A stretch of DNA of 64,000 nucleotides from Mobula hypostoma (Eukaryota): assembly GCF_963921235.1 (NCBI RefSeq), contig NC_086097.1, forward strand, positions 185,506,001 through 185,570,000, read 5' to 3'. The notes under the pieces were generated by a model, which saw only the letters and a list, made by a program, of their open reading frames with translations, was not told the DNA's origin and did no database searches. Of the stretch, positions 1 to 12,562 are shown piece by piece; position 1 is the stretch's first letter; each line of letters starts with the position of its first letter. Both the position numbers and the translations under genes were made by a program.

Positions 1-340
1 GACAATCTGTAATAGTGCAACAAGATTATCTGCCTTATTTCTTATACTCTGTGCATTGAGATATAATACTTTGAGTACTGTATTTGCTACCCTTTTTGAT
101 TCTGCATCCCTAATGCACTGATACTCACCCTGCTGACTGCAATTATGTCCTATCATCTGCCTGCCCTTCCTGACAGTCTGATTGCAGACTGTGTTTACAT
201 TTTTTTTACCATCTGTCCTATTTCGAGACCCTTCACTCTGGTTCCCACCCTCCTGCCAAATTAGTTTAAACCCTCGCCAACAGCTCTTACAAACCTACCC
301 ATGAGAACATTGGTTTTCCTCGGATTCAGGTGTAAACCAT
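1..340 (-). mobile_element. Degenerate CR1 fragment (ORF1/ORF2 junction of another subfamily)
   Basis: The minus strand of 1-75 reads LKVLYLNAQSIRNKADNLVALLQIV, an APE endonuclease start. Confidence 0.65.
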
Positions 341-344
341 CATT

Positions 345-1476
345 AACTTTACCTTTCTTGTTCCTCAGTTCCATCAATAAAACCTCACTAGACTGAGCAC
401 TGCCGAGACATTTTCCTTTCCTTCCCTTTTAATCCCTCCTGCTCTGTCACATCTAAAACAACAGAAACCCGGAATATTGGGTCACCAGTCCTGCCCCTTC
501 TGCAACCAAATCTCACTAATGGCTACAATATCATAATTCCATACCCTGAGCTCATCTGCCTTTCCTATAATAATTCTTGCATTGAAATATACGTAGCTCA
601 GAACATTAGTTGCACCATGCTCAACGTTATGATTTTTGACTTTGTCAGCAACATTTGTCTCCACAACCTCTGCACTATCTGCTCTGGCACTCTGGTACCC
701 ATGCCCTTGCAACTGTAGCTTACCAACCCCTCCCCACAACCCCCACCCCCGCAAGCAAAACTTCCTGCTAGGTTATTAGTCCCGTGCAGTTCAGGTGCAA
801 ACAGTCTCTTCTGTACAGGTCTCGCCTTCCCTAGAAGATCTGACTCCCTCCCTCCTCCACCAACTCCTTAGCCACATGTTAAACTGTACGATTTTCCTAT
901 CTCTGGCTTCATTAGCAGGTAGCAGTTCTGAGATCACAATTCTGGAGGGCCTGCCCTTTAACTTAGCACCAAACTCCCTGAACTCACTTTGCAGAACCTC
1001 ATCACTCTTCCTACCTATGGTCATTGGTGCCTACATGGACCACAACCTCTGGCTGCTCACCTTCCTCCCACTTGAGAATGCTGAGAACTCCAAGATGCCC
1101 AGGACCTGACACTGGGAGGCAATATGCCATCTGGATATCATGTTCGCCTCCATAGAACCGCTTTTCTGCTCCCTGACTAGCAAACCAAATCCCTTATCAA
1201 CATAGCTCGCCTCTTCTCCCCCCTTCCCTTCTGTATCACAGAGTCAGATTCAGTGCCAGAGAAATGAACTTTCAACAGGGGTACTCTGTACTGGCTGTTT
1301 AACCCCTTCCCCTTCCTAACTGTCACCCAGTCTCTTGTGTCCTGCACCTTGGGTGTAAATACCTCTCTATAAGTCCTATCTATCTATTAACCCCCTTCAG
1401 CCGCCCGAATGGTCGGGAGTTTATCCAATTCCAGCTCCTTAATGCAGAGTTTTAGAAGCTGCAGCTGGATGTACTT
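345..1476 (-). mobile_element. Older CR1 LINE, ORF1 (esterase) and ORF2 endonuclease start; left half of the element split by the young CR1
   Basis: ORF 791..1024 resembles the CR1 ORF1 SGNH-esterase region. ORF 482..754 contains YFNAR...DIVAISEIWL, the start of the APE endonuclease. Frameshifted. Confidence 0.8.
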
Positions 1477-3247
1477 AACATAGAAACATAGAAAATAGGT
1501 GCAGGAGTAGGCCATTCGGCCCTTCGAGCCTGCACCGCCATTTATTATGATCATGGCTGATCATCCAACTCAGAACCCTGTACCAGCCTTCCCTCCATAC
1601 CCCCTGACCCCCGTAGCCACAAGGGCCATATCTAACTCCCTCTTAAATATAGCCAATGAACTGGCCTCAACTGTTTCCTGTGGCAGAGAATTCCACAGAT
1701 TCACCACTCTCTGTGTGAAGAAGTTTTTCCTAATCTTGGTCCTAAAAGGCTTCCCCTCTATCCTCAAACTGTGGCCCCTCGTTCTGGACTTCCCCAACAT
1801 CGGGAACAATTTTCCTGCATCAAGTCTGTCCAATCCCTTTAGGATCTTATACGTTTCAATCAGATCCCCCCTCAATCTTCTAAATTCCAACGAGTACAAG
1901 CCCAGTTCATCCAGTCTTTCTTCATATGAAAGTCCTGCCATCCCAGGAATCAATCTGGTGAACCTTCTTTGTACTCCCTCTATGGCAAGGATGTCTTTCC
2001 TCAGATTAGGGGACCAAGACTGCACACAATACTCCAGGTGTGGTCTCACCAAGGCCTTGTACAACTGCAGTAGTACCTCCCTGCTCCTGTACTCGAATCC
2101 TCTCGCTATAAATGCCAGCATACCATTCGCCTTTTTCACCGCCTGCTGTACCTGCATGCCCACTTTCAATGACTGGTGTATAAGGACACCCAGGTCTCGT
2201 TGCACCTCCCCTTTTCCTAATCGGCCACCATTCAGATAATAATCTGTTTTCCTATTTTTGCCACCAAAGTGGATAACTTCACATTTATCCACATTAAATT
2301 GCATCTGCCATGAATTTGCCCACTCACCCAACCTATCCAAGTCACCCTGCATCCTCTTAGCATCCTCCTCACAGCTAACACTGCCACCCAGCTTCGTGTC
2401 ATCCGCAAACTTGGAGATGCTGCATTTAATTCCCTCATCCAAGTCATTAATATATATTGTAAACAACTGGGGTCCCAGCACTGAGCCTTGCAGTACCCCA
2501 CTAGTCACCGCCTGCCATTCTGAAAAGGTCCCGTCTATTCCCACTCTTTGCTTCCTGTCTGCTAACCAATTCTCCACCCACACCAATACCTTACCCCCAA
2601 TACCGTGTGCTTTTAGTTTGCACACTAATCTCCTGTGTGGGACCTTGTCAAAAGCCTTTTGAAAATCCAAATATACCACATCCACTGGTTCTCCCCTATC
2701 CACTCTACTAGTTACATCCTCAAAAAATTCTATGAGATTCGTCAGACATGATTTTCCTTTCACAAATCCATGCTGACTTTGTCCGATCATTTCACTGCTT
2801 TCCAAATGTGCTGTTATCACATCCTTGATAACTGACTCCAGCAGTTTCCCCACCACCGACGTTAGGCTAACCGGTCTATAATTCCCCGGTTTCTCTCTCC
2901 CTCCTTTTTTAAAAAGTGGAGTTACATTAGCCACCCTCCAATCCTCAGGAACTAGTCCAGAATCTAATGAGTTTTGAAAAATTATCACTAATGCATCTGC
3001 TATTTCTTGGGCTACTTCCTTAAGCACTCTAGGATGCAGACCCTCTGGCCCTGGGGATTTATCTGCCTTCAATCCCTTCAATTTACCTAACACCACTTCC
3101 CTACTAACATGTATTTCGCTCAGTTCCTCCATCTCACTGGACCCTCTGTCCCCTACTATTTCTGGAAGATTATTTATGTCCTCCTTAGTGAAGACAGAAC
3201 CAAAGTAATTATTCAATTGGTCTGCCATGTCCTTGCTCCCCATAATC
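1477..3247 (-). mobile_element. Young 5'-truncated CR1 LINE with an uninterrupted RT-coding frame
   Basis: ORF 1570..3249 (559 aa) has KSPGPEG, YLDFQKAFDKVPH, QGSVLGP, FADD and the CR1 C-terminus (TRGHSLRI, FFTQRVVNLWNSLP). It has an (AACATAGA)n-type 3' tail at 1477-1495 and ACTT on both flanks (1473-1476, 3248-3251). Confidence 0.95.
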
Positions 3248-3480
3248 ACTTCTTGCGGGTGTGGTCATCAGGGACACTGGCAGTCTCCTTGCCTTCCCAT
3301 TTCTTGCAAGATGAGCATTCAACAGTCCTGCCTGGCATCCCTAACTGTTTTAAGTGAGCAAATATATAGGAGGAAACAATAAATAAACTGGGGAGTGGGG
3401 TGGGAGGATAATCTACCTGCAGCTTTTTCACCATCTCTCACTCAAACCTTTCCATGCTGAAGTCTCAAAGAGTTAAAGCC
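3248..3480 (-). mobile_element. 5' part of the older CR1 (ORF1 N-terminal Cys-rich region)
   Basis: MPGRTVECSSCKKWEGKETASVPDDHTRKK continues in frame as YIQLQLL at 1473 once the young CR1 is removed. The upstream boundary is approximate. Confidence 0.75.
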
Positions 3481-4034
3481 TCAAATAACTACTCTAGCAC
3501 TGTCCACTCCAACAATGGCCACTCCACTTCCTTCATTGCTTTTGCTAATCAATCCCAATCACTGATTGGCCACTGTTCAAACACCAGACTGCTGCGAATT
3601 GATGCCTTATGTACTCAATAGTACTCCGATGTCAGTAAGTACTGAGGTACTGTAGAGAAAGTAGTGTCAGATTTGGAACTAGTGGCTCCTTCTCAGACCT
3701 GGGCTGGAGTATGTGCACCTCCTGCACTTGGAACGTCCCACAGAATTTCTCTCATTAGCTGGGAGAGTTAACAGTCCAGAACGTCCTTAAGCAGTTCCAC
3801 TCTGCCGACTATTTTCCCGAATGTCTCATGGTTACTGACCTGACCTAGGCTCACAATCCAACAACATGCCCCACGCTCTCTTTTCTGAACTGACATCCAG
3901 AATGGAAAGAATTAACTTGTGGGTATAGAAAGAAAAAGTGTTGATGTGAGGGAGTGGACAGAACTTAAGCTAAAACAGTGATTAATGTTTAATATTGCAA
4001 AATCTGAAATTTCCACTATAAGATAATTTAGGCA

Positions 4035-4710
4035 GAGCCTTAAACATAAATCCAGTACTCCCAATGTGGCCTCTTCTATATTGGTGAGATCCGACGTAAA
4101 TCAGGGGTTCATTTTGTCAAGCACCTCCAGAGTATCTGCCAAAAATGGAATTTCCTGTTGGCTTACCATTTCAATTCCTACTCACATTCCCATTCCAGTA
4201 TATCAGTCCATTGCCTCCTCTTTTGCCATAATGAGGCCACTCTCTGGGTGGAGCAGCAACACCTCATATTCCATTTAGGTAGCTTCCAACCTGATTGTAT
4301 GAACATTGATTTCTCCTTTCGGTAATTTTTTTTGCATCTCCCTTCCCTCTACTCTACTCTCTACTCTGACCTCTTACCTATCCTCCTCACCTGCCTATCA
4401 ACCATCATCTGTTGCCCCTTCTTCCGTTTCTCTGATGGTCCACTTTCCTCTCCTATCAGACTCCCTCTTCTCAAGCTCTTTACCTTTCCACCCCCTTGGC
4501 TTCACCTATCATCTTCTAACTAGTTGTCTTTCCCCTCCTCCCATATTTTATTGTGACATCTTCCCCATTCCTTCCCAGTCCTCAGGAAGGGTCTCAGCTC
4601 AAAATATTAACAGTTTATTCATTTCCATAGATGCTGCCTAACCTGTTAACTTCCTCCAGCACTTTGTGTGTGTTGCTCTGGATTTCCAGCATCTGCAGAA
4701 TCTCTTTTGT
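4035..4710 (+). mobile_element. Degenerate Penelope-like element 3' fragment (GIY-YIG remnant + pseudo-LTR)
   Basis: Similar to 28500-29169 (tatattggtgagatccgacg; ggagcagcaacacctcatattcc). Has a pyrimidine-rich spacer and ends in ...tccagcatctgcagaatctc. Confidence 0.8.
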
Positions 4711-5294
4711 TTAAATCAGTATGGCCAGTTTTTACAATTATACATGCATAATTTCTTTTCATTCTTTTTAAATGATTGACTGCAGTTTATAGCAGCCTCA
4801 ACCCAAAGGTAAATCCCAAGAGAGGCTGAAACAGCTTTCAAGGAGGGCTGTCGGTGCAGACAAACTGGTGAACCAGGGATACAACCATGTTTTGCTTTAC
4901 GTTACATTTCAGTTTTTGGTGAAAGATTCTGACCCGAGTAGATCTAATTTTACATTGAGTTCTAGACTGCTAATCAACATGTGCAAGGATCCTAATAGCC
5001 ATTTTAAGTGGATGCTGAAAACATTTTTAAAATTACTTCCACTGGCAAACACTTGATCTTTGGGAGGAATCTGAATCCAATGACGAGAGTATATCCACGC
5101 AAGCCAAGTCCGTCATCCAATATGTAACCATTGATAAATGGGCCCTCTTCAACAGCCTGTCTTGCTGCTGAGCATTAGATTTCTATTCATCTGTTACCTC
5201 CTCCATGACTACAGAATCATGAGTGACCATGGCAGGAGTGTTGAACTCAGATCCATTGGTAGAACGCAGCTCTCTTTTTCCTCTCTCCTCGCTC

Positions 5295-7105
5295 ACCATA
5301 AGACATAGGAATAGAATATGGCCATTCAGCCCATCATCTGCTCCGCCATTCCATCATGGCTGATCCCAGATCTCACTTAATCCCATATACCTGTCTTCTT
5401 GCCATATCCTTTGATGTCCTGACAGATCAGGAAACTATCAACTTCCACCTTAAATATACCCACCGACTTGGCCTCTGCCACAATCTGTGGCAGAGCATTT
5501 CACGGATTCACTATTGTCTGGCTAAAATAATTTCTCCTTACCTCTATTCTAAAAGGTCGCCCCTCAATTGTGAGGCTGTGCCCTCTAGTTCTGGATAACT
5601 CCACCATAGGAAACATCCTCTCTACATCCACAGTATCTAGTCCTTTCAACATTCAGTAGGTTTCAATGAGATCCACCCTGCGCACCCCCCCCCCCAAATG
5701 CTTCTAAATTGCAGTGAGTATTGGCCCAAAGCTGCCAAACTCTCCTCATATGTCAACTCCTTCATTTCCAGAATCATCCTCATGAACCTCCTCTGGACTC
5801 TCTCTAATGACAATGCATCCTTTCTGAGATATGGGGCCCAAAACTGTTGGCAATACTCCAAGTGTGCCCTGACTGGTGTCTTATAAAGCCTCAGCATTAT
5901 CTCCTTGTTTTTATATTCTATTCCCCTTGAAATAAATGCCAACATTGTATTTGCCTTCTTTACCATAGACTCAACCTATAAATTAACCTTCTGGGAGTCT
6001 AGCATGACAACTCTTAGTTCCCTCTGCACTGCTGTTGGCCCATAATTTCCTTTCTTTTGCCTTCCTCCCTTCTTAACGAGTGGAATGACATTTGCAATCT
6101 TCCAGTCCTTTGGGACCATGCCAGAATCAAGTGATTCTTGAAGGATCATGGCCAATGCATATGTTATCTCTTCAGCAAACTACACTCTGAGATATAGTCC
6201 ATCTGGTCCAGGTGGCTTAAAACCTTTCAATTTGTCTAGCATTTTTTCCTTTGTAATAGAAATGGCATTCACTTCTGTCCTCTGACATTCACAGACCTCT
6301 GGCACACTGCTAGTGTCTTCCACAGTGAAGACAGATGCAAAGCACCATTAAGTTTATCTGCCATTTCTTTGTCGTCCATTACTACCTCACCAGCATCATT
6401 TTCCAGTGGTCCAATATCAACTCTCACCTCCCTTTTACTCTTTATATAACTGAAAAACCCTTTAGTATCCTGCTATATATTATTGACTATCTTTTCCTTT
6501 CTTTGTGGTTTTTTAGTTGCCTTCTGTTGGATTTTAAAAGCTTCCCAATCATCCAACTTCCCATTCACTTTTGCTACCTTATATGCCCTTTCCTTGGCTT
6601 TTATGCAGTCTTCAACTTCCCTTGTCAGCCATGGTTGCCTACCCCTGCCCTTTGAGGACGACTTGATTGGTGGGACATACATAATCTGCGCCTTGTGAAC
6701 TATTCCCAGAAACTTCAGACATCTCTGCTCTGCCATCATCCCCACCAGTATCCTCCTCCAATCCATCTGGGCAAACTCCTCTCTCATACCTCTGAAATTC
6801 CCTTTATTCCATTTCAATACTGATACATCTGACCTATGCTTCTCCCTCTCAAATTGTAGTATGAATTCAATCATATTATCATAGTGCCTCCTAAGGGTTC
6901 CTTTACATGAAGCTCCCTAATAACATCTAAGTTAATACACAATACCCAATCTAAGATAGCCATTCCCCGAGAAGGCTCAAGCACAAGCTGCTCTAAAATG
7001 CCATCTCAGAGGCATTCAACAACTTCCAATCTAACATCAACCTGATTTTACCAATTCCCTTACATATTGAAGTCCCCATTTACAATTGTGACTTTAACCT
7101 TATTC
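5295..7105 (-). mobile_element. Degenerate, internally deleted CR1 LINE
   Basis: ORF 5646..5966 (KKANTMLAFISRGIEYK...LEYCQQFWAPYLRKD) and ORF 6473..6874 are CR1 ORF2-like. ccataaga tail at ~5296. Confidence 0.85.
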
Positions 7106-8056
7106 CATAGTCATACTTTATTGATCCCGGAGGGAACTGGTTTTCGTTACAGTTGCACCATAAATAATTAAATAGTAATCAAACCATAAATAATTAAATA
7201 GTAATATGTAAGTTATGCCAGGAAATAAGTCCAGGACCAGCCTATTGGCTCAGGGTGTCTGACCCTCCAAGGGAGGAGTTGTAAAGTTTGATGGCCACAG
7301 GCAGGGATTACTTTCTATGAAGCTCTGTGTTGCATCTCGGTGGAGTGAGTCTCTGGCTGAATGTACTCCTGTGCCCACCCAGTACATTATGTAGTGGATG
7401 GGAGACATTGACCAAGATGGCATGCAAATTGGACAGCATCCTCTTTTCAGACACCACCGTCAGAGAGTCCAGTTCCATCCCCACAATATCATTGGCCTTA
7501 CAAATGAGTTTGTTGATTCTGTTGGTGTCTGCCACCCTCAGCCTGCTGCCCCAGCACACAACAGCAAACATGATCGCACTGGCCACCACAGACTCATAGA
7601 ACATCCTCAGCATTGTCCGGCAGATGTTAAAGGACCTCAGTCTCCTCAGGAAATAGAGACGGCTCTGACCCTTCTTGTAGACAGCCTCAGTGTTCTTTGA
7701 CCAGTCCAGTTTATTGTCAATTCGTATCCCCAGGTATTTGTAATCCTCCACCATGTCCACACTGACCCCCTGGATGGAAACAGGAGTCACCGGTACCTTA
7801 GCTCTCCTCAGGACTACCACCAGCTCCTTAGTCTTTCTCACATTAAGCTGCAGATAGTTCTGCTCACACCATGTGATAAAGTTTCCTACCGTAGCCCTGT
7901 ACTCAGCCTCATCTCCCTTGCTGATGCATCCAACTATGGCAGAGTCATCAGAAAACTTCTGAAGATGACAAGACTGTGCAGTAGTTGAAGTCCGAGGTGT
8001 AAATGGTGAAGAGAAAGGGAGATAGGACAGTCCTCTGTGGAGCCCCAGTGCTGCTG
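7106..8056 (-). mobile_element. Rex1/Babar-type non-LTR retrotransposon, 5'-truncated
   Basis: ORF 7308..7841 reads KTKELVV...YKYLGIRIDNKLDWSKNT...QSRLYFLRRLRSF. Upstream lies GAPQRTVLSPFLFTIYTSD. The 3' tail catagtcatactttatt recurs at 50316-50516. Confidence 0.85.
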
Positions 8057-9696
8057 ATTACATGCACTTTCCAGCATGTCAAGGCTGCAGTCCTTATGAA
8101 GCCTTCCCCATTTATGGTGGAATGGCAATGTACGTAGATGACAAATGAGAAGAACACTCCCTTCCAGGATCGGTTCTATTTACCCCTGGACAATAAGAAA
8201 CTGTTTCCTTTTTACATTGTGTTACAAACTCTGGAGGCTTTCATTTACACAAGTAATATAATTTACGATAGCTCAAAGAGTTTACCATTAACTTTATCAT
8301 TTTGTGAATAATGTGTTGCATTGACCCATTTATGTGAACAAAAAACAATCAACAGCACCTGCAAAGGTGACAAATGCAGTAATTAATCATAATTAAAAAT
8401 ATCCTGCTAGGAAAAAGCAGTAACCATTTACCTGTAATCAGAGCAACTCCATCTAATTTTCACTTACAGTTTTAATTTTCGTGGAGCTAAAATCTAGTTA
8501 TAGACTTTTTTTTCCAAATGCATGTCATTCCCCGCCCCCCCCCCACCCCCCATTAATCATTTCAGCATAACAATTAGGTGAACTTGTCTTTGGTATGGTA
8601 AATGCTTTCTTAGAACAGAAATGATGCAAGGTCATTCCTGATTAACTGCATTGTCATGCCTTATTGGCTACACTACAAAGTTTTGTTCTCTTCTGCTAGT
8701 AGGCAGAACAGCGGACGGAGAGAAAAATAATTGGAACTAAAGTAGAAGAGTTGCCAATCATCCAGGACATAGAGAGAAGCTGTAGGCTAGCCCTAACCCA
8801 GGAAAATGTCATTAAATTTACTAAGGTAAATTTTATCAAAAGATTTAGAAATATTAAAAAACATCTAATCTAAGGTTACAACAATCCATTGGAAGAACTC
8901 AACAAGTCGAGCAGCATCTGGTCAGGGTGGGGTAATTGTAAAAATGGTCAAAATCCTGCATGAAGGTCCCAAAGTTATGGTGTTAAAAATGATGATGTTA
9001 AAAAACTAATAGTGCCAAATGGTAGGCATGGTGAAAAGTGGATTTGGGAGAGAATTTGATTTACTCATTGTAGTTGGAAATGGCTGCAAAAATCAACCAG
9101 AGCAGATGAGAGTAGGATGTGTTCCAGGCACAGCTGGGAATAGGAAATGTGTACAAGAAATTGGCAGGTAACTTGAGGCAGAAAAATTCAAGACAAAGAC
9201 AAAAGAAAGAGAGCCACTTTCCTGTAATCATAATTTTTTACATTTAGTTTTGTTTAGAACTAGTTTTGTAACAAGCTTAGTTCCTAGCCACAGACTCTAC
9301 CCCTTTCCTTGATTTTCCTCATATTGAAATCCCCCATGACGATCATAACGCTGCCCTTAATTCATCCCTTTTCTATCTCCTGTCTGAATCTGACCCAGAA
9401 TGTACAAATAGAGCAAAATAACACAGATATTGGAAATAAAAAATTTGGAAAATGCTGCACTTGTTCAGCAGGTCAGAGAATATCAATGGGGAGAGAATTA
9501 GAGTTGATGTCTCAAGTCAAAGACACTTCATCAAAACAGGGAAAATAAGATATAGTTAAATTGCTGGAAGTGGGAGGAACAGAGAGAATATCTGTGATAC
9601 GGTGGAGATAGAATTGTTGTAAAATAATTAGTTCAAATTGTGACAGTTGACAACAGGAAGGTGAGATCAACTGAAAATGTACAGCAACATCCATTG

Positions 9697-9990
9697 TTGG
9701 TGCGTGGCCAAGTGGTTAAGGCGTTCGTCTAGTGATTTGAAGATTGCTAGTTCGAGCCTTGGCTGAGGCAGCATGTGTGTCCACGCACTTAACCACACAT
9801 TGCTCTGAGATGACACTGGTGCCAAGCTATATTGGCCCTTGCCCTTCCCTTGGACAACATCGGTGACGTGAAGAGGGGAGACTTGCAGCATGGGCAACTG
9901 ACAGTCTTCCATACAACCTTGCCCAGGCCTGTGCTCTGGAAACCTTCCAAGGCATAAATCCATGGTCTCATGAGACTAAAGGATGCCTAT
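9697..9990 (+). mobile_element. tRNA-derived SINE with an RTE-like 3' end
   Basis: A box tggccaagtgg and B box gttcgagcc. 8-bp TSD atccattg at 9689-9696 and 9991-9998. A second copy lies at 48427-48757. Confidence 0.85.
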
Positions 9991-10312
9991 ATCCATTGAG
10001 AGAAAAAAAAAACAGATTTTGCAGTCTTAGTGGTACATTGGAACTTGGACTGAATTTCATACCTCTTTGTTCTATCATCACTATTGTGATGGTATTGGGT
10101 TTGCTGACCACAAAGTTCTAAGCTCAAACAATGACCTTAAACCTTATTGGATATAAATAGCCACAAGTACTCTCACTAAAGGGAGATTACACTGTAATTA
10201 CCTAATCTTCAGAGACTAGTTTACTTCCCTGTTTATTCTGCATGATGAGTTTAGCTGCCAATACTCACTATTCAAATGATGGGTCCCCTCTCCCTACTAA
10301 GGAGAGAGCTCA

Positions 10313-10472
10313 AACACGAGGAAATCTGCAGATGTTGGAATTTCAAGGAACACACATAAAAATTGCTGGTGAACGCAGCAGGTCAGGCAGCATCTATAGG
10401 AAGAGGTACAGTCGATGTTTCAGGCCGAGACCCTTCATCAGGACTAACTGAAAGAAGAGATAGTAAGAGATT
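10313..10472 (-). mobile_element. Solo Penelope pseudo-LTR fragment with hammerhead motif
   Basis: Matches the termini of the PLE copies at 33240-33400 and 43433-43590. 12-bp TSD ggagagagctca at 10301-10312 and 10473-10484. Confidence 0.85.
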
Positions 10473-11262
10473 GGAGAGAGCTCATTTATTTTCAGTAAAA
10501 CACTATTCAAATCCAAACAACATTCTTAAAACACATTTAAAACTCACAGAGAATTTCAATGTTAATCATTTCCAAATTACAAATCATTTCTCAAACACAA
10601 AGGATTTCCAAAAATAGGTACAATTCCAATTAGCTAAAAAGACATACCAATAGGTTGCAGGCAAACAAATCATCTGTCATAGAAATCAAAACCAGAGGAA
10701 TGGATTCTAGTTCAGCTGTGTTTCTTCCATAACTTCTAGATGTTCCTTTATCCCATTCCTCTACATTTATGCCCTTTTGACTATGGGTGACTTCACACAC
10801 ATATGATATTTTCTCATATCCTTTTAACACAAACAGTCTAAAAGCATTTTTGGTGACATAGATCTCAACTACCTCCCATTAATGCTGTGAAGCTAACTTG
10901 AGTACATAAACCTTCCAATGTTAACAAATCATTTATTTGATAGACTAAATGATATTATCAACCTGGTTTGCAAGCTCCCTTGAACTGAACAACTTGAAGT
11001 CAACTTGTCTGTTTGAAACGAGTCAAAATAAACAATCTAGTGCCTTAGATTGCATCTTTGAGCAGCAATAAAGCAGGACTGGTGAGCTAGATCTTACTTT
11101 CCATATACAGACCATCTATGCTATAGCTGAGCTTGTTTGTAAAGCTGCTTGATAGATAATACTTAGTTTTAACTTCAAACTGATTACTGCTTTCCATTTA
11201 CATTATAAGAACCGAAGACTGACTACTATTTATGATCAGAAACTAAACAAACCAATGTAGTT

Positions 11263-11479
11263 ACACACATCAAAGTTGCTGGTGAATGCCGCAGGTCAGG
11301 CAGCATCTCTAGGAAGAGGTACAGTTGACGTTTCAGGCTGAGACCCTTCGTCCTGACGAAGGGTCTCGGCCTGAAATGTCAACTGTACCTCTTCCTAGAG
11401 ATGCTGCCTGGCCTGCGGCGTTCACCAGCAACTTTGATGTGTGTTGCTTGAATTTCCAGCATCTGCAGAATTCCTGTTG
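11263..11479. mobile_element. Palindromic (fold-back) Penelope pseudo-LTR insertion
   Basis: Arms of ~90 bp at 11263-11352 and 11355-11444 are near-perfect reverse complements with a 2-nt loop. Flanked by aaaccaatgtagtt (11249-11262) and aaagcaatgtagtt (11480-11493). Confidence 0.88.
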
Positions 11480-12372
11480 AAAGCAATGTAGTTAAAAGTT
11501 TACTTACAGATGTTTTTGACCTTACAAGTGGTAGCTGCTGTGTTCAGAAAGCCAAGATTAGAAAACAACCAAGTGAATATCCATCACACTATGACTGCTG
11601 ATTTCTGTCTTCATTATACAGCCTAACTTCATTCTTACCTCAGCTCATTGGCTCCTGAAACCTTTACCCAATGCAATGTTACTTGTATGTTTGACTATTT
11701 CAATATTTATCACTCAACCAATACCACATTACTAGTTCATTCACAATATCTTGTTTGTTGAGGCATTATAGGTGTTGTATTTCTTCCACTATTACACAGA
11801 TAAAAAGTACTTCATTTACTCTTACTAATGGAAGATCCTGAAATAATCACAAAAGGTGCTATAGATATGCAAACCTTTATTTCTTCATTTATATCATTTC
11901 ATGTGATATTTCTATAAAGGATTTAGATGAGCCAGAAGGAAGAAGGAAGTCAGAATATGGGACCTTGGACCATTTAATTTTAGTACAATTCAATGGATAG
12001 TTGTCGAAGGGTCTATCAAAAATAGGTATATGTTATGCATTGAAGACGTTAGTAAGGATTCAGATTGGTATTTTGGGTGTAGGAAGGATTGTAATGGGGC
12101 AGGAGACTCTCCTACTCTATAAATGCTACAGATTGTAGATTTACTTCCTCAAGTAACAGGCTCTGTATATATGATGATATCATGGCAAAATGCTTAAGTG
12201 GAATCAATGAGTGGCAGGGATCTAAGAAATTGGATCCAAATTATTGAGCTTCAAAGATATAGTTTCAAGTCTAGTCCCAACTCACTTTGAATTGCTTTGA
12301 AGGAAATTGAACACTTTCTCCCCACCCTCCCACTTCCTCACTCAGCAATTTTTCCAAACCTATAATCAATTA

Positions 12373-12562
12373 TAGCCAGCTGATGGTGTAGTGGCATCCA
12401 CACTAGACTTTGAGGTAAGTGGTCCCAGGTTCGAATCCAGCTGTCCCCTTGCTGGGTTGAGCATCGAGCTAGCAACTTGGCCTCGTAAAAAAAACAGACA
12501 AAACATTAAAGAAATAGCACAGTTGCTGCCCGATATGCCACTAGGTACAGAGGAGAACAGCA
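12373..12562 (+). mobile_element. Short tRNA-derived SINE
   Basis: A box tggtgtagtgg and B box ggttcgaatcc. 11-bp TSD ataatcaatta at 12362-12372 and 12563-12573. Confidence 0.8.

Noticed and set aside
1547..2662. Plus-strand ORFs of 230 aa and 134 aa
   Set aside because: They are antisense shadows of the CR1 RT frame with no independent protein features.
9697..9770. tRNA gene (also 12376-12445 and 48685-48757)
   Set aside because: A and B boxes are present, but each continues into a SINE body, is flanked by a TSD and does not close a convincing acceptor stem.
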